Assembly (NCBI GenBank): GCA_016699265.1
Contig: CP064967.1
Coordinates: 510,001-542,000 of the forward strand
Direction of reading: 5' to 3'
Length of the DNA: 32,000 nucleotides
Source of the DNA: Candidatus Saccharimonadota bacterium
Lineage (GTDB): Bacteria; Patescibacteriota; Microgenomatia; UBA1406; GWC2-37-13
The notes under the pieces are model-generated. The model ran no database searches. It saw only the letters and a program-made list of their open reading frames with translations, and was not told the DNA's origin. The position numbers and the translations under genes were made by a program. Shown piece after piece: positions 15,258 to 24,263 of the stretch (its first letter is position 1; every line of letters begins with the position of its first letter).

Positions 15258-16142
15258 ATGGATCTATCCATTATTATTGTCTCCTACAACACCTCACAGA
15301 TCACGAGAGAGTGCATTGAGTCAGTAATTGTTTCTCTGAAAGACAGTAAAATTAAATATGAGATAGTTGCCGTGGACAATAGCTCGTCTGATGACAGCGT
15401 TGAGCAACTGAAACTTCTGAGATCAGAATATAAGCAGATTGTACTTATCGAAAATGACAAGAATCTTGGTTTCGGCCCCGCAAACAACCTTGCCGTAAAG
15501 AGTGCCAAAGGGAATTATATTCTTTTATTAAATTCAGATACCGTTGTCCTGAATAGCGCTATTGAAAAGCTCCTAACCTTCGCAAAGTCCACGAAAGATG
15601 CGGACTTTGTCGGAGGTAAACTACTCAACAAAGACCAATCTTCCCAACCCTCATCCGGCCCTTATTACTCACTTTTTGTAATCTTTGCTGCATTGTTTCT
15701 CAGGGGCGATTACTGGGGTCTCTCTAGACAGTCCCCCGATAAAACGAAACAAGTTGATTGGGTTTCAGGAGCTTGTATTCTCACCAAAAAGGAGTACTAC
15801 AAGAAGCTCGAGGGATTTGATGAGGGTATTTTTATGTATATGGAAGAAATTGACCTTCTGCATCGAGCAAAGGAACTCGGATATCATACCTACTTCTACC
15901 CAGATGCAAAATTCATTCACTATGGTTCTCTATCCTCAGGTAACAGGACCTATCCCATCCTACAGGTCTACCGCGGATTTATATATCTATACGGCAAGCA
16001 TCATGGTAAAGTTGCACGTGCCTGTCTCTCGGTTATGCTACAATTAAAGGCAGATATAGCCATAATACTAGGGAAACTTTCACACAATCCATATCTCATA
16101 AAAACATATGAAGAAGCAAAAACTCTCACCAAGCAGCAATAA
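15258..16142 (+). CDS. Family 2 glycosyltransferase (GT-A fold)
   Basis: Carries LSIIIVSYNT, VDNSSSDDS, NLGFGPANN and LNSDT (DxD-type) motifs typical of GT2 enzymes. Confidence 0.85.
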   Translation: MDLSIIIVSYNTSQITRECIESVIVSLKDSKIKYEIVAVDNSSSDDSVEQLKLLRSEYKQIVLIENDKNLGFGPANNLAVKSAKGNYILLLNSDTVVLNSAIEKLLTFAKSTKDADFVGGKLLNKDQSSQPSSGPYYSLFVIFAALFLRGDYWGLSRQSPDKTKQVDWVSGACILTKKEYYKKLEGFDEGIFMYMEEIDLLHRAKELGYHTYFYPDAKFIHYGSLSSGNRTYPILQVYRGFIYLYGKHHGKVARACLSVMLQLKADIAIILGKLSHNPYLIKTYEEAKTLTKQQ

Positions 16143-17661
16143 TCCTTCAGCTTCGCTCAGGACCAAAGCTGGTTTTTGGGGTTGGATAGACCAAAACATT
16201 CTCCACTGGGCCTTTCTTGGTTTTATAGTAGCTATTGCCGCTATACCAAAGTTTCCGATTCAGCACGTTGAGTACACCTATATTAAGATCCGAATCGATG
16301 ACCTACTGCCAGCTATCATGGTCTCGTTGTTTACTATACAGTGGCTTCGGAGAAAGATAGTTCTCAATCGAACATTGCTTATTCCAGTAGTCCTGTTTTG
16401 GACCGCTGTCTTCAGCTCATTTTTATATGCTTACTACGTTTCTTACACAGTTCCCGTATTTAACATTGGACTACTACATAGCTTAAGAAGAGTTGAGTAT
16501 ATGATTGTATTCTTCATTGCAACATCGCTAATAACCACAGAAAAACGTTTCTTCCAATATCTCAAGACCTATGTGGCTACATTTTTGGCCGTGTCAGTAT
16601 ATGGCCTTATTCAAAAATTTGGCTTTCTACCATCGATTCAATCAATGAATCCAGCCTATGTGGATGGGAGACTTCTCTGGCTTAATCCCGACGATCGGAT
16701 CAACTCAACATTCGGTGGTCATTTTGATCTTGCAGCGTACATTACTTTTAGCATCCCTCTCGTTCTCGGACTGTATTATACAAAGCTAAAAAAATGGTAT
16801 TTAGTAGCTTTTTTTGCTTCATTAACAGCGCTTCTTTACACTTCGGCAAGATCATCGTTTGTTGCCTATGTGACTTCGCTTACCTTTATGCTACTTACGA
16901 TGCGTAAATTCAAATTTTATTTATTGGCAATGGTTGTAACTGCTGGACTAATGCTCGTGACAGGAGACATGACAAAGCGTCTCCTACAAACATTCCAAGT
17001 AAAGACCGTCTACACTAATCAACTTACAGGGCAGCAACAAATCGGACAGCAAATTTCAGTAAAGAACCTGCCGGCTGGAAGCTACGAAATTGATCTTCCA
17101 TTTTTAAAGAAACCAATCTCAAAAAATGTCGATGAAGTAGCTAAACGAAACGTAGCTCGTAGCCTCGCTTATGAGCAAGCGAAACGAACAGGTAAGATTT
17201 TGACAGCTGCAGAAATTGAAGATGAAGCTTCGCGTACCATGGGATTTATTAAGCCAGAACAAACGCTTTTGTGCGATATTTCATGTGCAACTCGTCTTCA
17301 AGTAGAGTGGCCACGTGCAATTTTAGCCTTCAAAAGCAATCCTTTTATTGGACGAGGTCCCTCCTCTATAACCGAGGCCACCGACAACGACTACCTCCGT
17401 TGGCTTGGAGAGTTAGGTCTCGTCGGTACATCGCTCTTTATCTTTATTATTTTCAGAATAATATTTATCAATTTAAGGTTTGGAAGAAAGAGTACCGAAT
17501 TTAAAATACTCACCTTCGGATTTGTGTGTGGTGTGCTCGCATTACTTATCAACGCTTTGTATGTAGATGTTTTTGAAGCATCGAAAATGGCCTATAATTT
17601 CTGGTTGGTATCAGGACTATTTGTTGGAATAACAACACTTTATGATAAAAACAAAGCCTAA
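16108..17661 (+). CDS. O-antigen ligase / Wzy_C-domain membrane protein
   Basis: 517 aa polytopic protein. It has the SARSSFVAY segment and the late motif DNDYLRWLGELGLVG (compare H-N-x-Y-L-x-x-L-x-E-x-G-x-x-G of the O-antigen ligase family). A large extracytoplasmic loop is present. Confidence 0.7.
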   Translation: MKKQKLSPSSNNPSASLRTKAGFWGWIDQNILHWAFLGFIVAIAAIPKFPIQHVEYTYIKIRIDDLLPAIMVSLFTIQWLRRKIVLNRTLLIPVVLFWTAVFSSFLYAYYVSYTVPVFNIGLLHSLRRVEYMIVFFIATSLITTEKRFFQYLKTYVATFLAVSVYGLIQKFGFLPSIQSMNPAYVDGRLLWLNPDDRINSTFGGHFDLAAYITFSIPLVLGLYYTKLKKWYLVAFFASLTALLYTSARSSFVAYVTSLTFMLLTMRKFKFYLLAMVVTAGLMLVTGDMTKRLLQTFQVKTVYTNQLTGQQQIGQQISVKNLPAGSYEIDLPFLKKPISKNVDEVAKRNVARSLAYEQAKRTGKILTAAEIEDEASRTMGFIKPEQTLLCDISCATRLQVEWPRAILAFKSNPFIGRGPSSITEATDNDYLRWLGELGLVGTSLFIFIIFRIIFINLRFGRKSTEFKILTFGFVCGVLALLINALYVDVFEASKMAYNFWLVSGLFVGITTLYDKNKA

Positions 17662-19108
17662 CCAGAAAAAGGGATTTACTATATTTTTATTTATTGTAAT
17701 TGCGATCTTAACAGTTGGCTTACGACTTTATAAACTCGATACTCCTCTTGCAGACTTCCACTCTTGGAGACAGGCCGATACGGCATCTGTTGCTCGAAAC
17801 TTCGTTGATGATGGAATCGATCTACTAAAGCCTCGGTATGACGATCTTTCAAATATTCAGTCTGGAATTGTTAATCCTCACGGATACCGAATGGTTGAGT
17901 TTCCTGTTTACAATGCTGGAATAGCCTTACTTAACACTACCAATGTTTGTAATATTGAGGTCTGCGGAAGGTTACTGTCGATTCTTGCAGCAGTAACAAC
18001 TACAATGATTCTATTCTATCTTCTTCTTAAAGAACATGGCCTACTCTCTGCCGTCATGGGAAGTCTAACTTTCGCGGTTTCTCCCTTCTTTGTTTACTTT
18101 ACTCGTGTTGTTTTACCTGATCCGACCGCTGTTGCTTTTGCGATGAGTTCAATATTCTTCCTTTATTTGTTCACTGAAAATCAAAAAAATAGGAGGCTTT
18201 CTTTACTGTGGTATTTTATTTCACTCATATGCTTTGCGTTAGCAGTATTGGTAAAGCCAACTACCATTTTTTACGCTGTTCCATTAGGGTACCTGTTTAT
18301 TCGCACTTACACCTGGGATGTTCTTAAAAAACCATTAATCTATATATTCTGGATACTAGCGTTCGTACCATTACTTCTTTGGAGACAGTATATTCTACAG
18401 TTCCCAGAAGGAATACCAGCAAGCGAATGGCTCTTTACCTCTGTAAACACAGCCGGTGGACTCCAAAATATTTTCTTTAAACCATCATTCTTTCGATGGA
18501 TCTTTTTTGAACGGATCAATAACCTACTTCTTGGAGGCTTTTTAACTCCTTTTTTTATTCTTGGCGCACTATCTAGGCAGAAACGATATTTGTCCCATTC
18601 TATTCTTCTTGGTTCCTTAGCCTTCCTATTCATTTTTCAAGGAGGAAATGTTCAGCATGAGTACTACCAGACTATGATATTTCCAGCTCTCGCAATGTTT
18701 GTTGGTATTGGCATATCATATCTGCATACTCATTCACGTCAGTTCATATCTTCAACCATACTTATTCCGGTTATTATGGCACTTTACATTTTTTCCGTAT
18801 TCATTTCCTACTATACCGTTCGTAACTACTATAACTATTCCGGTGAGCTTGTACAAATCTCAAAAATAGTTCGAACTCTAACCTCAAGAAATGATCTCAT
18901 TGTGACGGATACTCTTGGAGATACTACTCTTCTCTATTTATCAGAACGAAGGGGAGCACCTGCTGTATATAAAGATCTTACAGTGCTTAAGCATGATGGT
19001 TATAAATATTTTGTAACTCAGAAGATTGATGTTGCCGATGAAATTATATCGCATAAAACGCATACTCCAATTTTTAGAAGCGATAAGTTTGTAGTATTCG
19101 AACTGTAA
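17642..19108 (+). CDS. GT-C fold glycosyltransferase (PMT_2 / GT39-GT83, ArnT-like)
   Basis: 488 aa with more than 10 TM segments. The first-loop motif is LYKLDTPLADFHSWRQADTASVARNF, typical of PMT/ArnT-like polyprenyl-phosphate-sugar-dependent transferases. Confidence 0.65.
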   Translation: MIKTKPNQKKGFTIFLFIVIAILTVGLRLYKLDTPLADFHSWRQADTASVARNFVDDGIDLLKPRYDDLSNIQSGIVNPHGYRMVEFPVYNAGIALLNTTNVCNIEVCGRLLSILAAVTTTMILFYLLLKEHGLLSAVMGSLTFAVSPFFVYFTRVVLPDPTAVAFAMSSIFFLYLFTENQKNRRLSLLWYFISLICFALAVLVKPTTIFYAVPLGYLFIRTYTWDVLKKPLIYIFWILAFVPLLLWRQYILQFPEGIPASEWLFTSVNTAGGLQNIFFKPSFFRWIFFERINNLLLGGFLTPFFILGALSRQKRYLSHSILLGSLAFLFIFQGGNVQHEYYQTMIFPALAMFVGIGISYLHTHSRQFISSTILIPVIMALYIFSVFISYYTVRNYYNYSGELVQISKIVRTLTSRNDLIVTDTLGDTTLLYLSERRGAPAVYKDLTVLKHDGYKYFVTQKIDVADEIISHKTHTPIFRSDKFVVFEL

Positions 19109-19113
19109 CCTGT

Positions 19114-20304
19114 ATGAAAATTTTGATGGTTACGCCATATGTGCCATATCCTCCGTCATCAGGTGGTCAGATAAGAACTTTCAATCTACTAAAGTATTTG
19201 AGTAAAAGAAACTACATAGTTCTTGTTGCTCTCTATAAAAAAGACTCTGAGAAAGAGTACCTGTCAGCACTTAAACAGTACTGCGATGAGGTATATCTCT
19301 GCAAGCGACCAGAAAAACCTTGGCAACTTAAAACAATCTTAAAAGCCCTCTTTACGCTTAAGCCATTTCTTATTGCTCGCAATTTTTCACACGAGGCACA
19401 GCATACTATTGAACAACTGCTTAAAGATGAAAAGTTTGACGTAATTCATAGCGAAACCTTTTATGTGATGCCTCACTTACCTGCGACAAAGACTCCTGTT
19501 TTCCTAGTAGAACAGACTATTGAGTTTGAGGTATATCAACACTTCGTCGACTCGCTCCCATTTATACTCCGCCCCATACTTTACATTGATATTCTGAAGT
19601 TAAGGTACTGGGAGAAGTTCTACTGGAAACGGGCGACACTTATGGCTACCGTTTCAAACACCGATAGAGATACCGTCATGAAGGTCGCGCCAGAACTTGA
19701 CCCCGTCGTTATTCCAAACGGAGCCGGTGAAGACATGGTCATCGAAAGACTTGGTAAGAAACCCCTCAATCAGCTCAAACTCCTTTTCCAAGGAAACTTT
19801 TCCTGGCTTCAGAATGTTGAGGCAGCAGAATTTCTCATTAACTCTGTCTACCCTACCCTGAGGAAAAACTTTCCACATATGCAGCTAATAATCGCAGGGC
19901 AACACGCTAAGAAAATAAAACGAAGCCATCCTGAGATCTCCATTGTTGAGATTCCTATTCACGACACTCAAACCGTTATAAAACTCTACAAGGAAGCATA
20001 TCTCTTTATAGCTCCAATATTTGGACCTGGTGGCACTCGACTGAAACTTCTTGCGGCTATGGCATGCGGTCTCCCCATAATCTCAACAAAGACAGGGGTT
20101 TCTGGTCTAGACGTTACCGATGGTGAAAACGTGTTATTGGCAAATACTCCTGATGAGTTCGCTTCGCAGATTCGAAAAATAATCGAGGATAAAGATCTCT
20201 ATAACTCGCTGAGAGAAAGCGCACACACCTTAATATTAAAAAAATATAGTTGGAAGGTGATTGCGAAGGAACTCGAGAACACTTATTTAAAAATCAAACC
20301 ATAA
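19114..20304 (+). CDS. Family 4 (GT-B) glycosyltransferase
   Basis: N-terminus MKILMVTPYVPYPPSSGGQIR. The C-terminal GT1/GT4 motif is GPGGTRLKLLAAMACGLPIISTKTG. Confidence 0.8.
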   Translation: MKILMVTPYVPYPPSSGGQIRTFNLLKYLSKRNYIVLVALYKKDSEKEYLSALKQYCDEVYLCKRPEKPWQLKTILKALFTLKPFLIARNFSHEAQHTIEQLLKDEKFDVIHSETFYVMPHLPATKTPVFLVEQTIEFEVYQHFVDSLPFILRPILYIDILKLRYWEKFYWKRATLMATVSNTDRDTVMKVAPELDPVVIPNGAGEDMVIERLGKKPLNQLKLLFQGNFSWLQNVEAAEFLINSVYPTLRKNFPHMQLIIAGQHAKKIKRSHPEISIVEIPIHDTQTVIKLYKEAYLFIAPIFGPGGTRLKLLAAMACGLPIISTKTGVSGLDVTDGENVLLANTPDEFASQIRKIIEDKDLYNSLRESAHTLILKKYSWKVIAKELENTYLKIKP

Positions 20305-20305
20305 T

Positions 20306-21379
20306 ATGCGCATTGCTTTAGACATCTCTCAGATCGTGTATCAGGGCTCGGGGGTTGGTCGATTTACCGAAGGGTTAGTCAAAACTATTTGTGAATTTGA
20401 CACAACCAATGACTGGATTTTTTTCTTTTCTTCCTTTCGCAGAATAATGGATGCTTCTATCAGAAATAAAATTGAAACTTCTCGACATACGCTTATAGAA
20501 TCAAAGCTTCCTCCGACAGTTCTCAGCTTTCTCTGGAACAATCTTCATTTTTTTTCCATAGACTCACTAATTGGTAAGGTGGATTGGCTTATAACCTCAG
20601 ACTGGACCGAACCACCCTCCAAAAATAGGAAGGCCACAATTGTGCACGACCTTGTATATCTCAAGTATCCGGATACGGTTGACTCTCTAATTCGAAAAAC
20701 ACAGGAACGTAGACTGAGGTGGGTCCAAAGAGAATCATCACTCATATTCACTGACTCGGACTCAACCAAACACGATCTAGAGACCGAACTCTCTTTTGAT
20801 AAAAATAAAATCTTTGTGAATTACCCTGGGGTTGTACAACCTATTGGAAGGACCGTAACTAGCTCCAAGACGAGACCCTATATCTTAAGCGTTGGAAAAA
20901 GAGAACCTCGGAAAAATCTAGAACGATTAGTAAAAGCATTCAACCTACTAGATCGAGACGACATCGATCTCATGATTGTGGGAATGGAAGGATGGGGAAA
21001 TATACCCCTTGAGACGAATCCTCAGATCAAACTTCTGGGTTTTGTTTCTGATGAGGAACTTGCAGAACTGTATCGTAACTGTCTCTGCTTCGTGTTCCCC
21101 TCGCTCTATGAGGGCTTCGGGTATCCTGTAATTGAGGCAATGAGTTATGGCGCGCCTGTTGCAACATCAAGCAACTCTTCTCTTCAAGAAATTGCGGATG
21201 ATGCAGCCGTCCTGTTTGACCCGATGCAAGAAGAGTCAATTGCGGCAGGCCTCAAGAAAATCATAAACTCGAAGGTGCTCAGAACTTCACTATCAAAAAA
21301 AGGAATCTCAAAATCAAAGGAGTTTTCATGGAAGAAGTACTTAGACAGAATGATACAAGTTCTCGATGACGCTAAATAA
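20306..21379 (+). CDS. Family 4 (GT-B) glycosyltransferase, mannosyltransferase-like
   Basis: Carries the motif PSLYEGFGYPVIEAMSYGAPVATSSNSSLQEI (E-x7-E). It appears to be a paralogue of the next gene. Confidence 0.8.
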   Translation: MRIALDISQIVYQGSGVGRFTEGLVKTICEFDTTNDWIFFFSSFRRIMDASIRNKIETSRHTLIESKLPPTVLSFLWNNLHFFSIDSLIGKVDWLITSDWTEPPSKNRKATIVHDLVYLKYPDTVDSLIRKTQERRLRWVQRESSLIFTDSDSTKHDLETELSFDKNKIFVNYPGVVQPIGRTVTSSKTRPYILSVGKREPRKNLERLVKAFNLLDRDDIDLMIVGMEGWGNIPLETNPQIKLLGFVSDEELAELYRNCLCFVFPSLYEGFGYPVIEAMSYGAPVATSSNSSLQEIADDAAVLFDPMQEESIAAGLKKIINSKVLRTSLSKKGISKSKEFSWKKYLDRMIQVLDDAK

Positions 21380-21384
21380 CATCT

Positions 21385-22512
21385 ATGGTAATTGGCATTG
21401 ATGGAAATGAAGCGAACGTCATAAACCGCGTAGGAGTATCGACATACGCCTATGAACTATTGAGATATTTTAATTCTGTGGCAAGCGGAGACCAACAGTT
21501 TGTAATTTATCTGAGAAATACTCCTTCAAATGAACTTCCCGAGCAGTCAAAGTTCTTTACCTACCAAATCGTCAAACCAGACTTTATGTGGTCCCAACTT
21601 TCACTCCCCATTAATTTGTATTTAGGCAAAAAACCAGATGTATTTTTTAGCCCTGCCCATTACGCACCACGGTTTAGTCCTGTTCCGACCGTTGTCACTA
21701 TTCATGACCTTGCATATAAACTCTTTCCCAAAGAGTTCCTGAAAGGGGATCTCTACAAACTTAACCGATGGACCGAGTACAGCATACGTAAGGCATCAAA
21801 GGTTATCTGTGTTTCCAAACACACCAAAAAAGATCTTGTCCGATTATGTCCGAGTGTAGAAACTAAAACAGATGTCGTATATAACGGCTTCCGTTCTCAA
21901 AAAATAAAAAATAAGAAATTAGAAATAAGTCCCGATTCCTCAGAATCGCGGATCCCGATCGTAAATCGGGAAAATACGAACCCATATATTCTCTTCGTGG
22001 GAACAATTCAGCCTAGAAAGAATGTTGTCTCCCTCATAAGTGCATTCGAAATTTTTTCTCAATCCCACCCTGAGTATGAACTCAAGATCGTGGGAAAACA
22101 GGGTTGGCTTTTCAATGAGACAATGAACAAGATAGAAAGCTCGACCGTAGCAAACAAGATTGCGTACCTCGGCTTTGTTGAAGACTTGGCACTATCGGAT
22201 CTATATAAAAATGCATACGCGACCGTACTACCGTCTTACTACGAAGGTTTTGGATTACCGGTACTTGAGGCTATGTCACATGGATCTCCGGTCATCGCCT
22301 CGAATAACTCCAGCCTGCCAGAGATCACAGGTAGTGCAGCACTTCTTTGCGATCCCAACGATCCTCAGTCAATCGTGACTTCGTTAGAACGTCTTCAGGA
22401 TAAGAAACTAAGGACCGATCTAATCAAGGAGTCCCAAAAACAAGTAAAGCTATTCTCATGGGAAAAATGTGGAGCCGAAACATTGGCAGTTATCCGGTCT
22501 GCCGTGGCATGA
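21385..22512 (+). CDS. Family 4 (GT-B) glycosyltransferase, mannosyltransferase-like
   Basis: Carries the motif PSYYEGFGLPVLEAMSHGSPVIASNNSSLPEI. Confidence 0.8.
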   Translation: MVIGIDGNEANVINRVGVSTYAYELLRYFNSVASGDQQFVIYLRNTPSNELPEQSKFFTYQIVKPDFMWSQLSLPINLYLGKKPDVFFSPAHYAPRFSPVPTVVTIHDLAYKLFPKEFLKGDLYKLNRWTEYSIRKASKVICVSKHTKKDLVRLCPSVETKTDVVYNGFRSQKIKNKKLEISPDSSESRIPIVNRENTNPYILFVGTIQPRKNVVSLISAFEIFSQSHPEYELKIVGKQGWLFNETMNKIESSTVANKIAYLGFVEDLALSDLYKNAYATVLPSYYEGFGLPVLEAMSHGSPVIASNNSSLPEITGSAALLCDPNDPQSIVTSLERLQDKKLRTDLIKESQKQVKLFSWEKCGAETLAVIRSAVA

Positions 22513-23273
22513 AGCTTAAGTTCATCACCCTCAACATAGAGCATGGAGGCAAACTCCTCACAGAAGCCATTGAGTTCATCAACAATGAGCAACCCGACCT
22601 TCTATTTCTCCAAGAAGCACAGAGTACCGAGTTCCAGACCGACAAGAGCCATTACAAAACGGTTTCAACAATTCTTTCACAAACAACATTTACCTATCAT
22701 GTCTTTTCACCGTACGTAGAGTTTGATTTCGATGGAATAACTATTCTACATGGAAATGCGATATTCTCCCGCTATCCTATAGAAAAAGGGGAGGTACTCT
22801 ACTTTAATGGAGAGTACGAGAAGGCGGATTTTTTTGAGGCACAACGTCTTCATGACTTTACTCGACTCCCTCACGCCATGCAAACAGCAACACTACAACT
22901 TCCTCATATGAAGGTTTTTTTAACAAACGTCCATGGAGTATGGGGAAGGGATGGAAATGACTCTCCTGTCAGAGAAAAGATGGTAGAAATTATTTTAAGA
23001 AATGTTGAGGGTCATACATCGACTATCGTTGCCGGAGATTTTAACTTTCAAAGCTCCACTCATTCCGCCAAAATGCTCGAAAAGAATCTTAACTCGGTTT
23101 TCGAGCAACGACTCGTCTCCACCTTTAATATGAAACGTAAAAAGGATAGTGGCTACGCGACTGCGGCAGTAGATATGGTTTATCTGAGCGATGATATTCG
23201 GGTGCTTTCTTCTCGCTGTCCTCAGGTTGAAATATCGGATCATTTACCACTCGTCTGCGAGTTAGAATTATAG
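22509..23273 (+). CDS. Endonuclease/exonuclease/phosphatase (EEP) family protein
   Basis: Motifs are MKLKFITLNIEHGG, PDLLFLQEA, AGDFNF and ISDHLPL. I chose the ATG at 22509, which overlaps the upstream TGA (ATGA), rather than the track start at 22458. Confidence 0.75.
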   Translation: MKLKFITLNIEHGGKLLTEAIEFINNEQPDLLFLQEAQSTEFQTDKSHYKTVSTILSQTTFTYHVFSPYVEFDFDGITILHGNAIFSRYPIEKGEVLYFNGEYEKADFFEAQRLHDFTRLPHAMQTATLQLPHMKVFLTNVHGVWGRDGNDSPVREKMVEIILRNVEGHTSTIVAGDFNFQSSTHSAKMLEKNLNSVFEQRLVSTFNMKRKKDSGYATAAVDMVYLSDDIRVLSSRCPQVEISDHLPLVCELEL

Positions 23274-23275
23274 AT

Positions 23276-24262
23276 ATGATCAAAATCATTGAAGACATAA
23301 ACTTAAAAAAAGAATGGAATGCCAAGGCACTTCATCCTATGCAGTCTTGGGAATGGGGTGAGGCGAGAAAGCAGATGGGTCTCACGGTTGTGCGGGTCGC
23401 CGACTATAACGATAAAGAGTTAGTAGGCATATTTCAGATGACTGTGCACCCAATTCCAAAGACTACTTTTAAGATTGGTTACGTACCTCGATCAGGAAAT
23501 CCTTCCGCAGAGGTCATTGGTTTTTTTAAAAACTATGGTAAAAAAAACAACCTGATCTATATCAAGTTTGAACCAAATATTAGGAGCGAAGATCGTAATG
23601 CTCATAATCTTGAGCGTTTGGTCAAGTCAGATGCTCCACTGTTTCCCAAGTGGACCCAGTCGATAAATCTTCGGAATACTGAGGAGGAGCTGCTTAAGAG
23701 CATGAAACCAAAAACTCGCTATAACATAAAGCTTGCACAAAAGAAGGGCGTAACGGTGAAGGAGATGAGTTCGGACGAAGGTTTTGAGATCTTCATTAAA
23801 CTTTATTTTGAGACTTGTAGGCGCCAACATTACGCAGGTCACAACTATGACTATCACCATACACTTTTTCAGACCTTGAAGGACAGTATCTCGCATATTC
23901 TTATCGCATTTTTTGAAAATAAACCCGTCGCTGCCTATCATCTCTTTGAATTCAATAATGTTCTTTATTACCCGTATGGGGGCTCATCTGATCAATACCG
24001 CGAGGTGATGGGCGCGAACATCCTTATGTGGGAGGCAATTCGATTTGGGAGACTGCGTGACTGTAACTCATTTGATCTCTGGGGCTCTCTTGATCCTGAT
24101 TACGATTCTTCTAATATCTGGGCTGGGTTCACTCGTTTCAAGAGTGGGTACGGATCGGAGTTCGTTCAGATGGTTGGAAGCTACGATCTTGTAATTAATT
24201 CACTACTATATAGACCGCTCATCCTTGCTCAGAAAATGAGAGAGAAGCTTATTGGAGGGTAA
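23276..24262 (+). CDS. FemAB-family peptidoglycan bridge-formation (aminoacyl-tRNA-dependent peptidyltransferase) protein
   Basis: 328 aa with FemABX-like segments (QSWEWGEARKQMG, KPKTRYNIKLAQKKGV, YYPYGGSSDQYREVMGANILMWEAI, FDLWG, FTRFKSGYG). Confidence 0.75.
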   Translation: MIKIIEDINLKKEWNAKALHPMQSWEWGEARKQMGLTVVRVADYNDKELVGIFQMTVHPIPKTTFKIGYVPRSGNPSAEVIGFFKNYGKKNNLIYIKFEPNIRSEDRNAHNLERLVKSDAPLFPKWTQSINLRNTEEELLKSMKPKTRYNIKLAQKKGVTVKEMSSDEGFEIFIKLYFETCRRQHYAGHNYDYHHTLFQTLKDSISHILIAFFENKPVAAYHLFEFNNVLYYPYGGSSDQYREVMGANILMWEAIRFGRLRDCNSFDLWGSLDPDYDSSNIWAGFTRFKSGYGSEFVQMVGSYDLVINSLLYRPLILAQKMREKLIGG

Positions 24263-24263
24263 A

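Noticed and set aside
22458-22508. The upstream ATG (22458) offered by the ORF track as the start of the EEP protein.
   Set aside because: The extra 17 residues (MGKMWSRNIGSYPVCRG) lie inside the preceding GT4 gene and have no family counterpart. The ATG at 22509 forms an ATGA overlap with the GT4 stop and yields the canonical MKLKFITLNIEHGG start.
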